Under the pieces are notes generated by a model. It saw only the letters and a list, made by a program, of their open reading frames with translations, searched no databases and was not told where the DNA came from. Positions 61,673 to 64,000 of a stretch of 64,000 bases of DNA are shown one piece after another. How positions within the stretch are numbered: the first letter of the stretch is position 1; each line of letters begins with the position of its first letter. A program made the translations under genes and the position numbers. Source of the stretch: Hemiscyllium ocellatum (lineage: Eukaryota); contig NC_083403.1 of NCBI RefSeq assembly GCF_020745735.1, positions 66,683,003 to 66,747,002 on the forward strand, given 5' to 3'.

Positions 61673-64000
61673 CTCAACAGTTTACTTAAGTTGGATCAGT
61701 CCCTCAATAATTGGCTAAATTTGGAATTTGATACTTATGCTGTAATACATTAGAACTGATTAATAAATAATGAAAATGAAAGTCAGTGGTATTTAAACAA
61801 TGTAGCATTAATGGCAACATTTTCTCCATCATATCTGCACATGTTAAAATGGGTGCTCACCCTCAGCAGACAGGAGTTCCATCCTATACAACTTTACTGT
61901 GGAAAGAAAAACTTTTGAGAATACCCCTCAAGAGCTTACAAAACTATGTCCAGCTGAAATCTGCTTTACTAGTCTGTTTATTGCTTTTGTCATGGATAGA
62001 TTCTTAGTGACCTGGATGGGTGCTGTAAAATCCTGTGCATATTGCAAACTCAGCATTCCACCCTGTCCTGGGAATTAAGAATAATAAAGTCTTAGTGAAA
62101 AACAAACATTCAATGGTCACAGTGAAGTCATGCACATTTCTGCTAAGCATGCAACAAACTCTTTGAATTTCTTTAAATATAAGGGATAATTGCAAACACC
62201 AATGTTTAGTTCATCCCTCACACAGCTAGAGTGAAATCACTGTATTATCAAATAAATGAAAATTCAATTGCAGTTATGGAGTTATGAAAGAAAAGATCTA
62301 TGTAGAAATGAGCTTTAATAAGAAGAAATGATTCCTGTTAAAGGATTTGTATTTGGTGCATAGCCATCATGAATTGCTGACGTGAATGAAATTAACACAA
62401 ATGTTTATTATTTATTGCAAATCCACAAATATGTTCTTCAAGATTAATAAGCAGAAGCAATCTTTCCCTTCTATTACAGAATAGTTTCTGAATACTGCAA
62501 CAAATGTCTGCCCCAAAGAATATTTGTAGCAAATTATAAAATAATTTCTTTCTGATGTTAGAAATCTGTAACTAGATCTATAAACAGTAAAAGATGAAAA
62601 GACAGACATAGAAGGTGCCAAGGAAAAGACTTTAAACCTGATAAATTGGCTGATTGATTGGTGTCTCTTGACAGATGCTGTACATGTTGCTGGATGAGAT
62701 TTTGTGCATTCGCTTTGATAACATATCACGTTGTGTTAACTTGCGACTCTTTTAAATTCAAATAAGGCTGCCTTCCCAGAGTTATGAGCATGAATTGAAA
62801 AAGCAAAAGTAATTTTCTGATACCATAGCAGCTAAATATGTTAAATTATTTTTTTGTTCCTGTTATAAATATTGACAGGAGAATTCCAAATGCATAATTC
62901 TAAATCTGCTGTGTAGAATATAAGTTTCATATATTAACAACTTATTCTGTTGGATGTTCTGAATATTTCAGGACAGGCTAGGTGCTGAGAAAGGGTGAAT
63001 TATCATGTTAGGATGCAAGGTCAATGCTTTCGTTTTGCAATTGGATATTCTGAAGGGCAGCTGAAATAACAGAGTAGCACCTCATGCCACATCATGACAA
63101 GTAGGAAATGAAACTCATTAGCTAATCGACAGCAATTTTACTCGGGCTTTTAGATTTTTCTAAATAATGCACAGGAACCAGGGGTTTCAGAGCCTTGTCG
63201 TAAAAAGGAATAGCAGAAACAGAAAGAGCTGCAGCTACATAGAATAGGACAGCAGGACCTTGGGGCCAATGGTGACTGGGGTAGAGGGCATCCTCCAGTA
63301 TGTGTATACAATCAGAGGCTCAGGCAAGTTCAATTGGTAGTGTCTCTGAAGACTATGCTTCACCAGGGGGACTGTTACCCATCTGTGCAGTATGTGGGAA
63401 GACAGGCTGAGTCACATGGGAGGTGTTAGCCACCCAATTCATGTGGTATTGATGGTCAGTGTTGTGCGCTGAACATCTACAACTGCAGTTTTTACGAACA
63501 ATCAACTGTAAATATTTGTCGGACCTCCCCATTTTCTACTGTCCAATGCATTAAAGTGGGAGCCAACAACCTATTCAAGAGAACCAGTCAATTTTTCACA
63601 ACAATTTGAACAGCTAAGCTTTAAGAGAATGTTTCAGGGCCATTGCTGGATTATCCTAGATGGAGGGTATCATTGACTGCAATGTCTTCAAGCTAGCCAT
63701 TTGGGCCTTCACCAACTTTCCATGGCTGTGTTCACAACTACACTGTGACCACTGCAGATGTGTACATAGTTCCTGAGAAACAGACACAAAACCTGTATAC
63801 TTCAGCAATCCCAGTTCTCCAAGAATGTTTTTTCTTTCCCACCACATTCACCCCCCACCAAGTGCTATCCTTTGTAAAGATGTCTACTTGTCCTGTGAGG
63901 AACACAAGAACAGCTCAAATGATTATCGATCAGGCCATTGTGTCCTAAACATGCTGTTCAGGTGTCTTGATCTATTTGGAATTACATGTCAGGGCTTCAG

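Overview
Vertebrate, almost certainly cartilaginous-fish (shark) genomic DNA. This is inferred from HE1-type V-SINEs, HER1/CR1-type LINEs and Deu-domain SINE remnants. I found no host protein-coding exon that I can support, so the window reads as intergenic or large-intron DNA in which transposon debris makes up a large share. Contents: many 5'-truncated or internally deleted CR1 LINEs; three ~1.2-1.35 kb Neptune-type Penelope-like elements (PLEs; RT C-terminus, Cys linker, GIY-YIG endonuclease); one Poseidon-type PLE end; ancient Tx1/L1 and Harbinger remnants; and a ~440 bp fold-back element. The most striking signal is RNA structure. Three different PLE 3'-end families each carry a minimal type I hammerhead ribozyme (CTGA-N-GA...GAAA core, covarying stems I/II, 4-nt palindromic stem III). 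About 20 intact or decayed copies occur. Many are short non-coding insertions arranged as tail-outward inverted pairs, flanked by 12-14 bp target-site duplications, with 5' ends clustering at the ribozyme boundary. PLE hammerheads are established knowledge; the insertion architecture and the mechanisms proposed for it are my inference. Repeat boundaries were read by eye and are approximate (about +/-20 bp unless a TSD is quoted).
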